Shown here one piece after another: positions 23,365 to 34,807 of a stretch of DNA of 63,333 nt. The notes under the pieces are model-generated. The model worked only from the letters and a program-made list of their open reading frames with translations. It searched no databases and was not told the origin of the DNA. Both the position numbers and the translations under genes were made by a program. This DNA comes from Xylographa opegraphella (lineage: Eukaryota). The stretch spans positions 1-63,333 of the forward strand of contig JALDZX010000084.1 in NCBI GenBank assembly GCA_022813865.1, written 5' to 3'. How positions within the stretch are numbered: the first letter of the stretch is position 1; every line of letters begins with the position of its first letter.

Positions 23365-25868
23365 TATCTGGCACAACACAGTTGTGCAGGCGATACTGGT
23401 TGATGTACGTAACATCAGCGAAGAACTTGTATTATACCGTGTACTCCTCTCTTCATCCCATCATGACATTTACGCTTTCCAACCATACCTGCCTGTTGTA
23501 ACGGCAAGGTCAAATACCATTGGTCATTTCACCCCGAAAGGGCTCTACAGTTCCCACCATAACCCACAATGTCTTTCCTGTCCCGTCAGCAAATCTCCCC
23601 GGCTAGAACAGCATCCTCTTACACCTTTGCACCCGCACCCGCGATTCCCCAACTTACGCATCACTGGGACCCGTCAGACACTCTGAATCCCGACCGCCTC
23701 TGCGGATCGGACCACTTCGAGACCTTCCCGGATGAGCCGAAGTGCTCGCACATTTGCGCCATACGAGTCAACCTACGGTGCAGGGCATTGGCTGCAGTGA
23801 GCCCCGGACCACCGTGAGGACAAGAGGCCGACCATCGCGGCCGGGACGCTTTGGAAAGCGTTCATGGGAGACACGCCGGAAGGGCATTGGATAGATCGAT
23901 GAGGGATAGGGGACGGAGAGAGCTAGAGGATGAATTTGCGCTTGCTGTCTCACTGCGGTGTACCGTCTCAAGGACAGGGTCTTCGGTTATGCATGGCTGG
24001 GCGCTGCCACTCCTGAGGAGTTAGAGCTTTCGTCCAGCATCCAGTTGGCAGCTGGAGGGCTGGGAGCGCACGCAAGGCCCGAATATGTCGCTGCGGTGTG
24101 GATGCCTCCCCCGTCATATCTGTCTGCTTTCTCGTGTGGTGCGATGCCTGCAAGGCTAGACTGGGTCCTTGCGGGCCGGGCTCACAACGCGACAGACAAT
24201 AACGACACGGGCAAGGCGCTTTCCACTGCATTGTGTCTTGATCGGACCCGTTGGCAGAACTAAGCAATGTCATGTGCGCGAGGAGGCGGCGATTCGTTCG
24301 GGTGCTGCAGTGTTCAGAGTCATTACGTCTGATGAAGGAAGCAGCGTCGTAGGAAACACCCTTCCTATTCCCTGTTTCGCGGATGGCCCCAGTCAGTGGG
24401 GGAGATAGCGCGCGCTCGCCCGTTCACGACTACATCGTAGCTGCGCGAATTATGGTCCACCTTGGAACTGCATCGCCGAGCGTAGTCGGTATGGAGCGTC
24501 GGAGAGGGATTTCGGCCGCAGGTTCCAAAGGATGTGGGGATAGCAGTGAGCATCTCGACGATAATGCGGAGTAGTTAGGCGCGTACCACAGTAGAGCGAA
24601 AACCCGGGATCATGTCTGGGATTCGGATCCCACACACTTTGCCTCAGTACCGCTAAGCTGCTCATACGGCCATTCATTCACTGCCAACACTTCACAGATT
24701 TCACCACAGTACAGGTCTAACAGGATAGAGTTTCGCTAAACGCCTCTGATAAGGTAATACTTGTGTTCTAAGGTAGATAAGCTCTCGTAAAGAAAATAGG
24801 CAACGCGCCAAGGTACTGCAGGTAAAGCTCTGATAGTAGGTATTGATGGGCCATATCGATACCTTAAGAGAGCTGACCAATGAAATTCGCTGCGAAGGCT
24901 TGACTCGATGTCTGTACATATGAGACCGTAGTATCATGTAACGGTCGTTGATCACAAAGCTCTTTGCCCACCACGATGACCCACATAGGCCAACAGACCC
25001 TGGCAAGACCTCCCAGCGCAGGCTACATATATGAGCATGAAAGACCCTCTGCTTCCCACCCGTAAACGGATCCAAGGGGTGGAAAGTACTCCGCCTTATT
25101 CCTGAACCCCGAAGCCCCCCTAACAGCTTCCCTCTCGTGGCCGTCACCATCCCGGGCTTGTCTGCATCGACACCGAGCTAACATCCACGATTCGGCGAAG
25201 CGTTCATCATACCCGCCACGCAACGTGTGCCTGTTCGTTCGAGCACATTTGGAGAACCCAGCCGCGCGTCAGCCACTCGTAATCGGGCGCCTTGTCCACG
25301 TCCGCCAGCATCACCCAGCGGCTCTTGCCCTCCACCTCGCCGAAGACCCCGTCCCGGTGCGGCCGCAGCTGCCCCAGCTCGCAGGAAAATGCCGTATGAG
25401 GTCTCCCGCTTCTCTCCTATCCCTCCCAGTTCTCTTTTATTCTCTGCTCTTCAACCTTCCCTTCCATGCCCACCCGTTGCGTTTCTGTCCATGCCCCGCT
25501 GACAACAGGCTCAATCTTCACCAACAGCCAAGCAACGCTCACCAGCGACCGTCCCCCCAAGAACGACGGTCAATCCAGCTTCGCCCGCGAGCGATGGCTC
25601 CAAGAGCATGACAGACTCCAGCGCTTCTTCGTCGTCGGTCCACAGAGCCCTGCTGGTGTGGGCGGCTGTGCCCATCAGACAGATGACGAGACGACCCAGT
25701 CGCAGTACATCAAGGGTATCGACGGAAGAGAAAGCGAACAGAAAGGGGCGCTGTCAGATCTTGCGAATCAACAGAAAGGTAATGTCATAATACTTATCTC
25801 TGATGTCGATTTGGTATCCTGACCTGGTGAAGGGGGTTCGAAGATCTGAGTCTCTGCATGGCTCGTCA

Positions 25869-25982
25869 CTGGCACGATGATGTTTCTCTGACACGATATT
25901 ATTTCTCTGACACGATGATGTTTCTCTGACACGATGATGTCTCTCTGACACGATGATGTCTCTCTGACACGATGACGTTTCC
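25869..25982. repeat. Minisatellite, 6 x 19 bp (consensus CTGACACGATGATGTYTCT)
   Basis: Six contiguous units starting at 25869, 25888, 25907, 25926, 25945 and 25964, each with 0-3 mismatches. Confidence 0.92.
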
Positions 25983-26519
25983 CTAACGCAATTATATTTT
26001 CTGGTAACTTGAATCCCATCTAGAACAATTAGCAACAAGCGGTGTAGAACAATCGGAAAAAAATCCACAACACAGCGGCTCCTCTCAAAATTGAACTCAT
26101 GAATATTGATGCGCGAAGTGACCAGTGCCTCACCCTTAGACCGTCTATACAAGCCGAGAGGATTGAGCACATTGTCTCCAGATCTCGTAGCACCGCTGTG
26201 GGAAGTTGTCCTGATAATGTATGCTTGACCATTCAGGATACGGCGGGTAGACGCCAGAAAGTCCGAGCGAGACGGTTTCATAAACTGGCTCCTGGCATAA
26301 ACAGAGCATTCGCAAAACACGCATTAGACACAAATAAGTGAAACCGTCACACATATCTTTCGCCAAGCTGTGAAAAGTGGCCAATGAAATGATCGGGGAA
26401 AGCGATTGAACACATTGAAATTACATGACTCTAAGACGGCGATCCAAGCGAAAACTGCTTCAGCTCTATCCAATTGACATTACACACAGATGTCCAATCG
26501 CTTCAGCAGGGTACTATAT

Positions 26520-27530
26520 TCAGTAGGTACTCGTCATAACGCTCAAGCGCCCACCATCAGAAACGATGACGTTCCCGTTGCAGTACGCTCCGGCGCGACT
26601 TGTCAGGTAGAGGATACAGCCAGCCATATCCTCGGGCGTGCCAACCCTCTCCTCTGGGATTTTCTCTTTGGGGAACACGCCCGTGCCAATGATGGGCGCT
26701 GCCATTTCCGATGGGTACACTGTTGTGTAAAGGTCAGCGCCGTTCACGTACTTGTGCTACACATATGTAGAGTTTTTGAGAACAAGGTCAAAGGGTTGAT
26801 ACGTACGGCCCGGACAGATGACATTGGCTCGGATGCGGTACGGCACCAAACTTGTCGCCAACTGCTTCATCATGAGCGTCGTCGCTGCTTTGCTCTGTCC
26901 GTAGGCATATCCGCCCGGCGTCTGTCTGTTGAAGCCGGCGATACTGCTTGTGGCAATGACTTGGCTTCTCTGCTCCACGTTCGCCTTCTTGTTGCCGGCG
27001 TCGAGGAGTGCGAGGAAAGCAACGATGGAGAAGTAGACCCCCGAAGCATTGACCGCGAACGTTTGGGTATAGTCTTCGAAAGAGGGGCCCCATAATATGG
27101 ACTGGTACTCTTCTATGGACTTTGCGGTTGTCGCCGCAGGGGTTTGTGGGCCGCCAATGCCGCTGTTGGCGATCAGGACGTTGATGTAGCCTACTTCGTT
27201 CTTGATTTGCTCGGTAATCGAGCTCAGGGCGTCCTTAGAGGTGACATCCCCGACGAGTGGAATGATGTTTCCGTGGGGTGATTCTTTTGCAGCAGCTTCA
27301 AGGGTTTCTTTTCGACGACCAATAATGTAGACTTTGTGTGCTCCGTTGACTGCAAGCGCTTTTGCCATCATGAGACCGATACCTGGAAGAAAGCTGTAAG
27401 AAACTCGCATGTAATAAACGGACTGAGCCAGCTAAGAGGTATAGAGAATACACTTACCGGAACCACCACCGGTAATGACCGCCACCAGACCTTTGACGGC
27501 GAAGAGGTTTGCTGCTTCAAGCGAAGACAT
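26520..27530 (-). CDS. Short-chain dehydrogenase/reductase
   Basis: Exons 27530-27458, 27382-26807, 26719-26520. NLFAVKGLVAVITGGGSGIG, IANSG, catalytic YGQSK, IRANVICPGLYPSEM, NGNVIVSDGG. Confidence 0.92.
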
Positions 27531-28070
27531 GATGACTGCGGTATCAAAAGGGCCTTGCGACGTCAGACAAACCTGATTTGGCTACTATCAAAAAGCTGGA
27601 TAATGAGAGAGAAAGTATAAAGTAATCAATCAATCAACTGAATTAGAAACAAACTCTGAGAACTGCTAATTATACTCAGTACTGGAGGAGAAGGAATACA
27701 AGTAATCACAAGAACAGGTCTTGACGTTTTCTATTCTTGAATGATACTTATGTCACACGAGTCACAATTACGCTGTAGATGCTTGATATAAGTATTCGCC
27801 CCGTAGAGAAAGAGCGTCGAGGAAGACAAAGTCGCATGCTCTAATGTAGGCGCGGCTTTGATAGCCGGTGGATGACCGAATAGAGCCCATGAGCAGAATT
27901 TGATGCGCAGCGATGATGAAATTCGCACCAATCAGATAGCTTCGGTCTAAGGATATTGCGAGAGCCGGATCACTAGCACTAGCTAGTGGCACTAACCACT
28001 TTACGTCATTTGCCAGCGTTTATCCAAATAGAGCTGGGAGCTTCCAGCAGCACCACATCGGATCTCCACC

Positions 28071-29291
28071 ATGGACGACGACCCCTTCGCCGACGCCGAC
28101 CTCACAGCCGCTGTCATTGCCGCTGAGGGATCCTATCACCCCTCGCCGTCCCGCCCCGCGCCCGCTCCTATCTCCGGTAGTACCCCCGGCGCGCCACCAA
28201 AAGTACAGCAGCCGACCCCCCAGGCCCTCCCATCCCGCAAAGCCATCTCCTCGATTTTCGTCTCGACGCGCCAGAAGGGTAATCCGATCCTCAAGAACAT
28301 CACCGCCCTACCGTGGGAATACGCCGATATCCCGGCCGACTACACCCTCGGCGCGACAACATGCTGCCTCTTCCTCTCGCTGAAATACCATCGCCTCCAC
28401 CCGGAGTACATCTACACGCGCATCAGAGCGCTGCAGCACCAGTACAACCTGCGCGTGCTGCTCACGATGGTGGATATCGAGAACCATGAGGAATCGTTGC
28501 GCGAGTTGGCGAAGACGAGTCTGGTGAATAACCTGACGCTGGTGTTGTGCTGGTCGGCGCGAGAAGCGGCACGGTACGTGGAGCTTTATAAGAGTTTCGA
28601 GAATGCTTCCGCATCGGCGATACGGCAGACTCAAGGGACGGGTTATGCAGATCGGATGGTCGAGTTTGTGACCACGCCCCGGAGTATAAACAAGGCAGAT
28701 GCTGTGGGCCTGGTGAGTGCCTTCGGGAGTGTGAGGGCGGCGATTAATGCTGCACCAGAAGAGGTGGCTGGAATCGCAGGGTGGGGAGAGAAGAAGGTGG
28801 CGAGGTGGTGTGGTAGTGTGAGGGAGGGGTTTCGGGTACGATGGGCTGGGAAGAGGGGTATAGATAGAAACGAGAGTGGGTTAAGACCGTTGAGTAAGGG
28901 CGATAGTCTTATCGATGGTGATGTGGACGGAACAGAAGGAACAGAAGGTGTCAAGAATGGCGCCGTTGGAGCACCGATACCAATTGGCCGACTGCCAAGC
29001 AGGGAGATGAGTGGACTGCCACCTATCACGGCTACTGGGACCCCTGACGCAGAGCGACGACCACCAAAGAGGGTAGCAGAGGATGTACCTGCTTGGGAGC
29101 CAGGAGAGGATGAGGAGGAGGCACTATTAATTGCTGCTGCTGAAGAAGAGCGAGCGGCTATAGGACAAAGGAAAAGTACAGCAGACGTAACGACATCGAC
29201 TTCTCCGGCACCCACGAAAAGAGCGCGACCTAATGAACCAGAATTAAGCGAGGGTATGGCAGCAGCATTGACGAAGCTGAGGCAGACCTGA
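28071..29291 (+). CDS. RAD10: DNA excision repair protein ERCC1/Rad10/Swi10
   Basis: Intronless. VSTRQKGNPILK, ADYTLGATTCCLFLSLKYHRLHPEYIYTRI, tandem HhH region (SINKADAVGLVSAFGS...IAGWGEKKV). Confidence 0.95.
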   Translation: MDDDPFADADLTAAVIAAEGSYHPSPSRPAPAPISGSTPGAPPKVQQPTPQALPSRKAISSIFVSTRQKGNPILKNITALPWEYADIPADYTLGATTCCLFLSLKYHRLHPEYIYTRIRALQHQYNLRVLLTMVDIENHEESLRELAKTSLVNNLTLVLCWSAREAARYVELYKSFENASASAIRQTQGTGYADRMVEFVTTPRSINKADAVGLVSAFGSVRAAINAAPEEVAGIAGWGEKKVARWCGSVREGFRVRWAGKRGIDRNESGLRPLSKGDSLIDGDVDGTEGTEGVKNGAVGAPIPIGRLPSREMSGLPPITATGTPDAERRPPKRVAEDVPAWEPGEDEEEALLIAAAEEERAAIGQRKSTADVTTSTSPAPTKRARPNEPELSEGMAAALTKLRQT

Positions 29292-30022
29292 AGATCAAAG
29301 ATTTCTTTCACACAAAAAAGGGGGTCGGGCACCGGTATCAAAGACAGCCCTGGTATAACCAGCAGCCCTTATGAATATCTAAGCAGCATCTCGTAGCCGG
29401 CACGAAGATCCTGCATATCATACTAGAGGAAGCAAGAGCGAGAAAGGATCAATCTAATCAGCAGACGCTCATGAAGTTCCAGCCATGTAGCACAGTCGCT
29501 AAGAGTCCCTTCGCATATCATATCAACGGAGCCAGAATGATCCGATCCATGCGATGCCCTGTATGCGACATTGATGGTTCGAAAGTCAGCCTTCATAATC
29601 GGAAATGGATATTGCGTGAGAGGTCCATCTTCGATGGAGGACCGTCGGGCGAGACAGCAGCGAGCCATGCCTCCTCAAGTGCGAGCTGTAGATAAAACAA
29701 TGATCGCGTTATCAGTTTCGACCCTGGTTAGAGCGCAGCTTGGCAGTTCAATGCAGCGGCTAAAGTTGCCCGGGTGAGCTTTGCAGCATGGTCGTTGCAC
29801 GAGATGGAACGCTTTGGGTTTGAGGCAGATGATAAATAAATGGATGGAGCGATCGCGACTCTCTACTAAGTATCGATCATGAGGAAGTACGGGTGTAGAC
29901 AGCAAAGTTTTCTCTTTCTCTTCCTCCCGCCACAATAAGGTAGCTACGTAATTGATGTCGCGAGCACGCGCACAGCCACAGTGGCATTTTCCATGACGGC
30001 GATCGGATCAGCGCGGCTTACA

Positions 30023-30042
30023 ATTCACTGGGCTCTGATTGG
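30023..30042 (-). promoter_or_regulatory. Bipartite CCAAT-N12-RWT site (CBC:HapX type) upstream of CCC1
   Basis: The minus strand reads CCAAT-CAGAGCCCAGTG-AAT, about 180 bp upstream of the CCC1 ATG. Confidence 0.55.
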
Positions 30043-30217
30043 CCAGCCCTAGGGTCATATCTGCCAGGTCTTTGTGTTTACCGGCACCTCTCATATTGGT
30101 TCAGTAGGCCTTTGATACCATTGAAAACTCCCTCTTCAAAACTCCTCCACTACCCTCTGGATCATCATCTCCTCTCGAAATCCTTTCCTCGTCTCCTGTC
30201 TAACAAGCTCATCAAAT

Positions 30218-31284
30218 ATGTCCTTTGCCTTTCTAAAAAATGTGTTATTTCCACGCTCGCGACGAGCTGGGAATGGTGAGCAGGCGAAGAGGGAGGCGAG
30301 GCCGGATACTTACCAGGATAGCGACAACGAAAGTGAGTACCGCTCGTGGATGATCAAAATTATTTTCATGATGAAGTACTAAATAATTTCATAGTGACCA
30401 ACCCGGCATCAAGACCCCGGTCGACGACGAGTAGCAGTACGACCTTGGATCTGGAAGCTCAGAAATGCGACTCTTGTCGACCCCGTGTCACCAGCCAAGA
30501 AGCCGAGCCCAAACATCGCCGCTTCAAACCAAGCCCGCGTATGATCTCGGATGCCATCATTGGCCTCTCCGATGGATTGACTGTTCCCTTCGCCCTCACC
30601 GCTGGTCTCTCCTCCCTGGGAAACGCTCGGCTCGTTGTTCTTGGCGGCTTGGCTGAACTCATCGCCGGAGCCATCTCCATGGGCCTGGGAGGTTTCATCG
30701 GCGCGAAGAGCGAAGCGTAAGCTGATGCATCCTCTGTGTGTGGACAGCCTGCTGACCCGCGGCGTAGTGAATCATATAGAGCTACTGTCGCATCGACGAA
30801 AAAGCTTATTGAAACATCACCTTGCCAGACATCAAGTCTCGTCCACGCTGTCTTCAAACCCTACGGACTGTCTGCCATGAGCACCAGCACGATCTCCAAC
30901 AACTTACACGAATCGCCACCCGAGCTTCTGGACTTCCTCATGCGTTTCCATCACCAAATGCCAGAACCATCGACGTCTCGCCCTTTTGTCTCGGCTGCCA
31001 CGATCGCTGCAGGCTACTTCATCGGCGGCTTCGTACCTTTATTACCATACTTCTGCGTGCAAACCGACGAAGTCCTCCTTGCTCTGTATATCAGCATCGG
31101 TGTCATGGCCGTCGCACTCTTCGCCTTTGGCTGGGTCAAGACAGGCGTCGTGAGCGGGTGGAGGGGAAGGAAGAATATCACCGCCTGCGCGATCGGTGGC
31201 GTGCAGATGATTGTCGTCGGAAGCGCAGCCGCCGGTGCCGCTGTGGGGCTTGTCCGAGCCATCGACCGCGGACAAGACGTCTGA
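30218..31284 (+). CDS. CCC1: Vacuolar iron transporter Ccc1/VIT1 (CccA)
   Basis: Exons 30218-30332, 30395-30716, 30768-31284. SDAIIGLSDGLTVPFALTAGLS, ELIAGAISMGLGG, GYFIGGFVPLLPY. Confidence 0.94.
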
Positions 31285-31699
31285 CGATTCTCTTCCGGAG
31301 TGGAGCTTGGTGGAGCTTGGTGTACCGGTGGTTTCTGTTGCATCTGGCGCGCAGCCGCCATTGTGCTGTTGACATGGCGTTAGGATTTCGGACCTGAGCA
31401 AGTCGCTCGTCTGAACCGGCGTGTGATGTGATTCGGAGGCGTGCATGATGAACTGCCGCACTTTCTTGTTCATAGGATTCTGACGAGAGCCTGCGAGCGC
31501 GCGCGCGCAAAGCGATATGACACTTCCTGGTCCACCGACCCCGCCGACGCGACTTTGCGTGATTGCTAAGACGGCCCCCTTTCGACTGCCAAGAACCTCC
31601 TGTAGTTTAACGATGAAACACCTGCTGTCAGCAGCCCTACCACTCAACCACAGCCAGTCCCCCAAACCCTCCCCCTTTCCTCACCCTCCCCACCCCCTC

Positions 31700-32296
31700 C
31701 TACCCCTCCAGCGCCCTCCCCACCAACCTCCTCCCATTCTCTCCCATCTCCATCCCCAACGCCATTTCCCTCCCCACCGTACTCATCTTCGCCCACGTGC
31801 GCCTCAGGATCCCCACCATCTTCTCCTCATCCCCCAAGCGCCGCTCAAACTCCTCAAACTGGTCATCCAGGAACACCAAGCCGGCCACGTCCTCTAGCAC
31901 CTGCGTCTCCTCGTCGCCCTTCAAGTCCTCCTTGCGGATGAGCATGGCCACGCGCTCCGCCTCCGCGGCCGAGAAGCCGCTCTCGCGGCAGATCTGCGCC
32001 GCCTGCTCCGCTTGCCGCTTCTTGAGGTACGTCCGCCATGCGAAGTAGCCCGGTTTGGTGGCGGGGTAGGAGGACCGCGGGATTTCCCAGCGCCGGAAGT
32101 GCTGTGCGCGGATGGCGAGCTGGAGGGTAGGGGGCGCGGAGGGGTAGCGTTGGATGAGGTAGGTGCTCATTTTGCGGGCGTAGTGAAGCTCGTAGGGGAC
32201 GGGCCCGGAGGGGGTGTCGATTGTGGTGGGGTCGAGGGCGTGGGCGGCGTCGATGGCGGAGAGGGCGGCGAGGAGTCTGGGGTCCTCGGTAAGCAT
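31700..32296 (-). CDS. DUF4202-like protein
   Basis: Probable ATG at 32296 (MLTEDPRLLAALSAIDAAHALDP). PYELHYARKMS, LQLAIRAQHFRRWEIPRSSYP, ETQVLEDVA.LVFL, ILRRTWAKMS. Confidence 0.8.
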   Translation of the reverse strand: MLTEDPRLLAALSAIDAAHALDPTTIDTPSGPVPYELHYARKMSTYLIQRYPSAPPTLQLAIRAQHFRRWEIPRSSYPATKPGYFAWRTYLKKRQAEQAAQICRESGFSAAEAERVAMLIRKEDLKGDEETQVLEDVAGLVFLDDQFEEFERRLGDEEKMVGILRRTWAKMSTVGREMALGMEMGENGRRLVGRALEG

Positions 32297-32775
32297 GGTG
32301 GTAAGGTGGTGGGTGGTGGGTGGTGGGAACGCCGGGGGGCTGCTTGGGAGGGATGGTGGTGCGGTTGATGTGGGAAATGTTGCCGAGTGGGTAAAAGTAT
32401 CCCGGTCCGGCTGGGTCGGGGTTGCGTTTGGCCGGGATCCGGATGTCGGGCCGTTGTGGTTAGGGCCCGTGCCCTGATTGTCGCATAATTTGGGACCGAA
32501 ACTTAACCCGATGGGGTGATTGGAAAGACCGTCGGGATCCATTACTGTCGGGTTATCATAACTCTCCTATACTGAATTATGCTTAAGCCCATCTGTTCTA
32601 CTGAGCGCTTGCGTTTTAGTAAGATGCGTTTTTCATTGAGAGCATGAGCTATATAAAGTCCATGCCCCCCCTCTCTGCTGATTGAGATTTGTCTTGCAAT
32701 CGCTGCCCCATCTCGCGCCTCTCCATCCTTGGGTTCTGATGCTCTAGCTATCAAGCTCTCCTATATCAGCACAGC

Positions 32776-33819
32776 ATGAGTCCTCCCTCCCGCTTCTCCC
32801 TGAAGCTCAGAGCCCTGCTCTGGCGCTTCCTCAGCAATCTGTCCTCCTCCTTCTTCGATCGATATTTCACGACTCCGCGCCCCCCTCGAGCCTCATTCGT
32901 AGTATCAATCCCCACCACGATTGCCAAACCGCATGGCCAGATACCCCTCGAGTTTTACGGCCCACCCACTTATCTGCAGCACAGGAAGCCGTTCAACCCC
33001 GCAGGCGGCCCGGGCGAGACCAAGCCGTTCCCCGTGGTGATCAATTTCCACGGCGGAGGCTTCACCATCGGTGGGCCTGGCGGTGATGCGCGCTGGGCAG
33101 CCGCCGTCGTTCAGGAGGGAGTCGTGCTGATCAGCGTGGGCTACAGACTCGCTCCCGAGCATCCATTCCCCACCGGCATCGAGGACGGCGTCGCAGCCAT
33201 CGTGTGGGTATGGGAACACGCCGAGGAGTACAATCTCGACAAGTCGCGGGTCATCATCAGTGGATTCAGCGCCGGGGGCAACTTCTGCTTCACCGTCCCG
33301 ATGCGGCTCTACACAGAGCTCGAACAACGGAAGCAGCAAGGTCGCCCGCTGGCTGCTTCCAAGTCCGGCAAACTGGCCGGTCTTCTGGCCTTCTACCCCA
33401 GCGTCAACTGGACGCAATCCCGCGCCGAACGCACGGCCTCCAATGCGATCTCGGGCGTCAAAGGCCCGATTCCAAAAGCGCTGTTCGACCTCTTCGACCA
33501 CTCCTATCTCTACCCCGGACCGCTGGACATGAGTTCCCCGTACTTATCTCCCGGCCTGGCAGCAGACGAGATGGTGCTGAACGCACTTCCCCATTCAATC
33601 TACATCCACACGTGTGAATGGGACCAACTGCTCGTCGAGGCCGAGACGTTCCGCGAAAGGCTGAAGGGCCTGGGCAAGCGCGTGACTGGGAGCATGACCA
33701 AGGGGGTGGCTCACGCGTGGGATAAGCGGCCCTCGCTTGCCAGAGGGAACCCGCTGAGGGATGAGGTGTATACGGAGGCGACGGGCGCGATGATGAAGAT
33801 GTTGGGCGGGAATGTTTGA
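32776..33819 (+). CDS. Alpha/beta hydrolase fold-3 (HSL-family esterase)
   Basis: Intronless. HGGG oxyanion motif, YRLAPEHPFP, GFSAG nucleophile elbow, EWD acid, HAW His. Confidence 0.92.
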   Translation: MSPPSRFSLKLRALLWRFLSNLSSSFFDRYFTTPRPPRASFVVSIPTTIAKPHGQIPLEFYGPPTYLQHRKPFNPAGGPGETKPFPVVINFHGGGFTIGGPGGDARWAAAVVQEGVVLISVGYRLAPEHPFPTGIEDGVAAIVWVWEHAEEYNLDKSRVIISGFSAGGNFCFTVPMRLYTELEQRKQQGRPLAASKSGKLAGLLAFYPSVNWTQSRAERTASNAISGVKGPIPKALFDLFDHSYLYPGPLDMSSPYLSPGLAADEMVLNALPHSIYIHTCEWDQLLVEAETFRERLKGLGKRVTGSMTKGVAHAWDKRPSLARGNPLRDEVYTEATGAMMKMLGGNV

Positions 33820-34807
33820 CGTCCGGGGATTCGCCGGTATGTATGCCAGGCGGCTTCATACGTCAGCAGCTAGCTACATGAGTCGCTATCACTACGACTC
33901 ACCCCTTCTCAAGTGACTGGTCTTATCAACCTTGTTCTGACTCTCATCTCGCCTTCGTCACTTCGGACCTCCTTCCCACGCAAGCTGAACTCCGCCTCAC
34001 AGCCTGCGGCATGACTCCCTTCATGCCAAAGACCTTGAAGCCACCCTCGATCCTTCCGCCCTCTTCTGCCATTTCACCACCACATCTATCACCATCACCA
34101 CAACCACAACCCACATCTCAGATCCACCAGCGCAGAAGTCGCCAAACCTCCAGCATGCCCTCCCCCTTCTTCCACTCGACAACCACCAACTCAACCCCGA
34201 GCTCGAGCTCGAAACCGAAACCCATAGCCCCCTCTTCGCCTAACCCGTCCCTCTACATAACCGCCCCCTCCTCCCCCCTCCTCTCCAAACCCCCAAACCC
34301 CAAACCCACGCCGCTCCCCACCCCCAACCCCACAAACCCAAGTGTCCCAAAGGCGTGTCTGCCTGCCCCCACAGAGCAAAGCAGAGCCAGGGGGACGAGA
34401 ATAGCTGCGCGGGGGGATGAGATGATCTGAGATAGGATAAAGACAGGAGATTAACTAAACAGCGATGGAGAGTATGCGGTTATTCATTTCATTTCAGTTT
34501 TCGATAAGAAATGCGGAGCGAGATACAGGATAGGATAGAAAACCAACAAACAGCGTGCTGGAATGGAATGGAAATACCACGAGTATGGCAACCAACACGG
34601 GGTTGTAGCTAACGATACAGCAAACGGCCCATGAGCGTAGCGGTCCCAATCCCAATAGCGCTGCCAACTGCTGGGTTTCATAGACCTGAACGATCATGTG
34701 CGGAAGAGGGGCGCCAGAGTTCATAACCAGCATACCAGCCCAACCACCGCACCATCCCCGCACCAAGAAACCCACAAATCCCACCCATCGCCTTCCAAAA
34801 CCTCCCC

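Noticed and set aside
23569..25822. Multiple short ORFs between PCP1 and the SDR
   Set aside because: No recognisable domain or consistent exon chain. One intron-like segment near 25394-25509 could not be built into a credible gene.
25869..25982. CRISPR-like array
   Set aside because: The units are contiguous with no unique spacers, there are no cas genes, and the context is eukaryotic.
28643..29341. 232-aa antisense ORF
   Set aside because: Antisense shadow of ERCC1/RAD10.
32297..32542. N-terminal extension of the DUF4202 ORF
   Set aside because: Low-complexity P/T-rich translation of a C-rich leader. The conserved domain starts at the ATG at 32296 in a good context (CACCATG).
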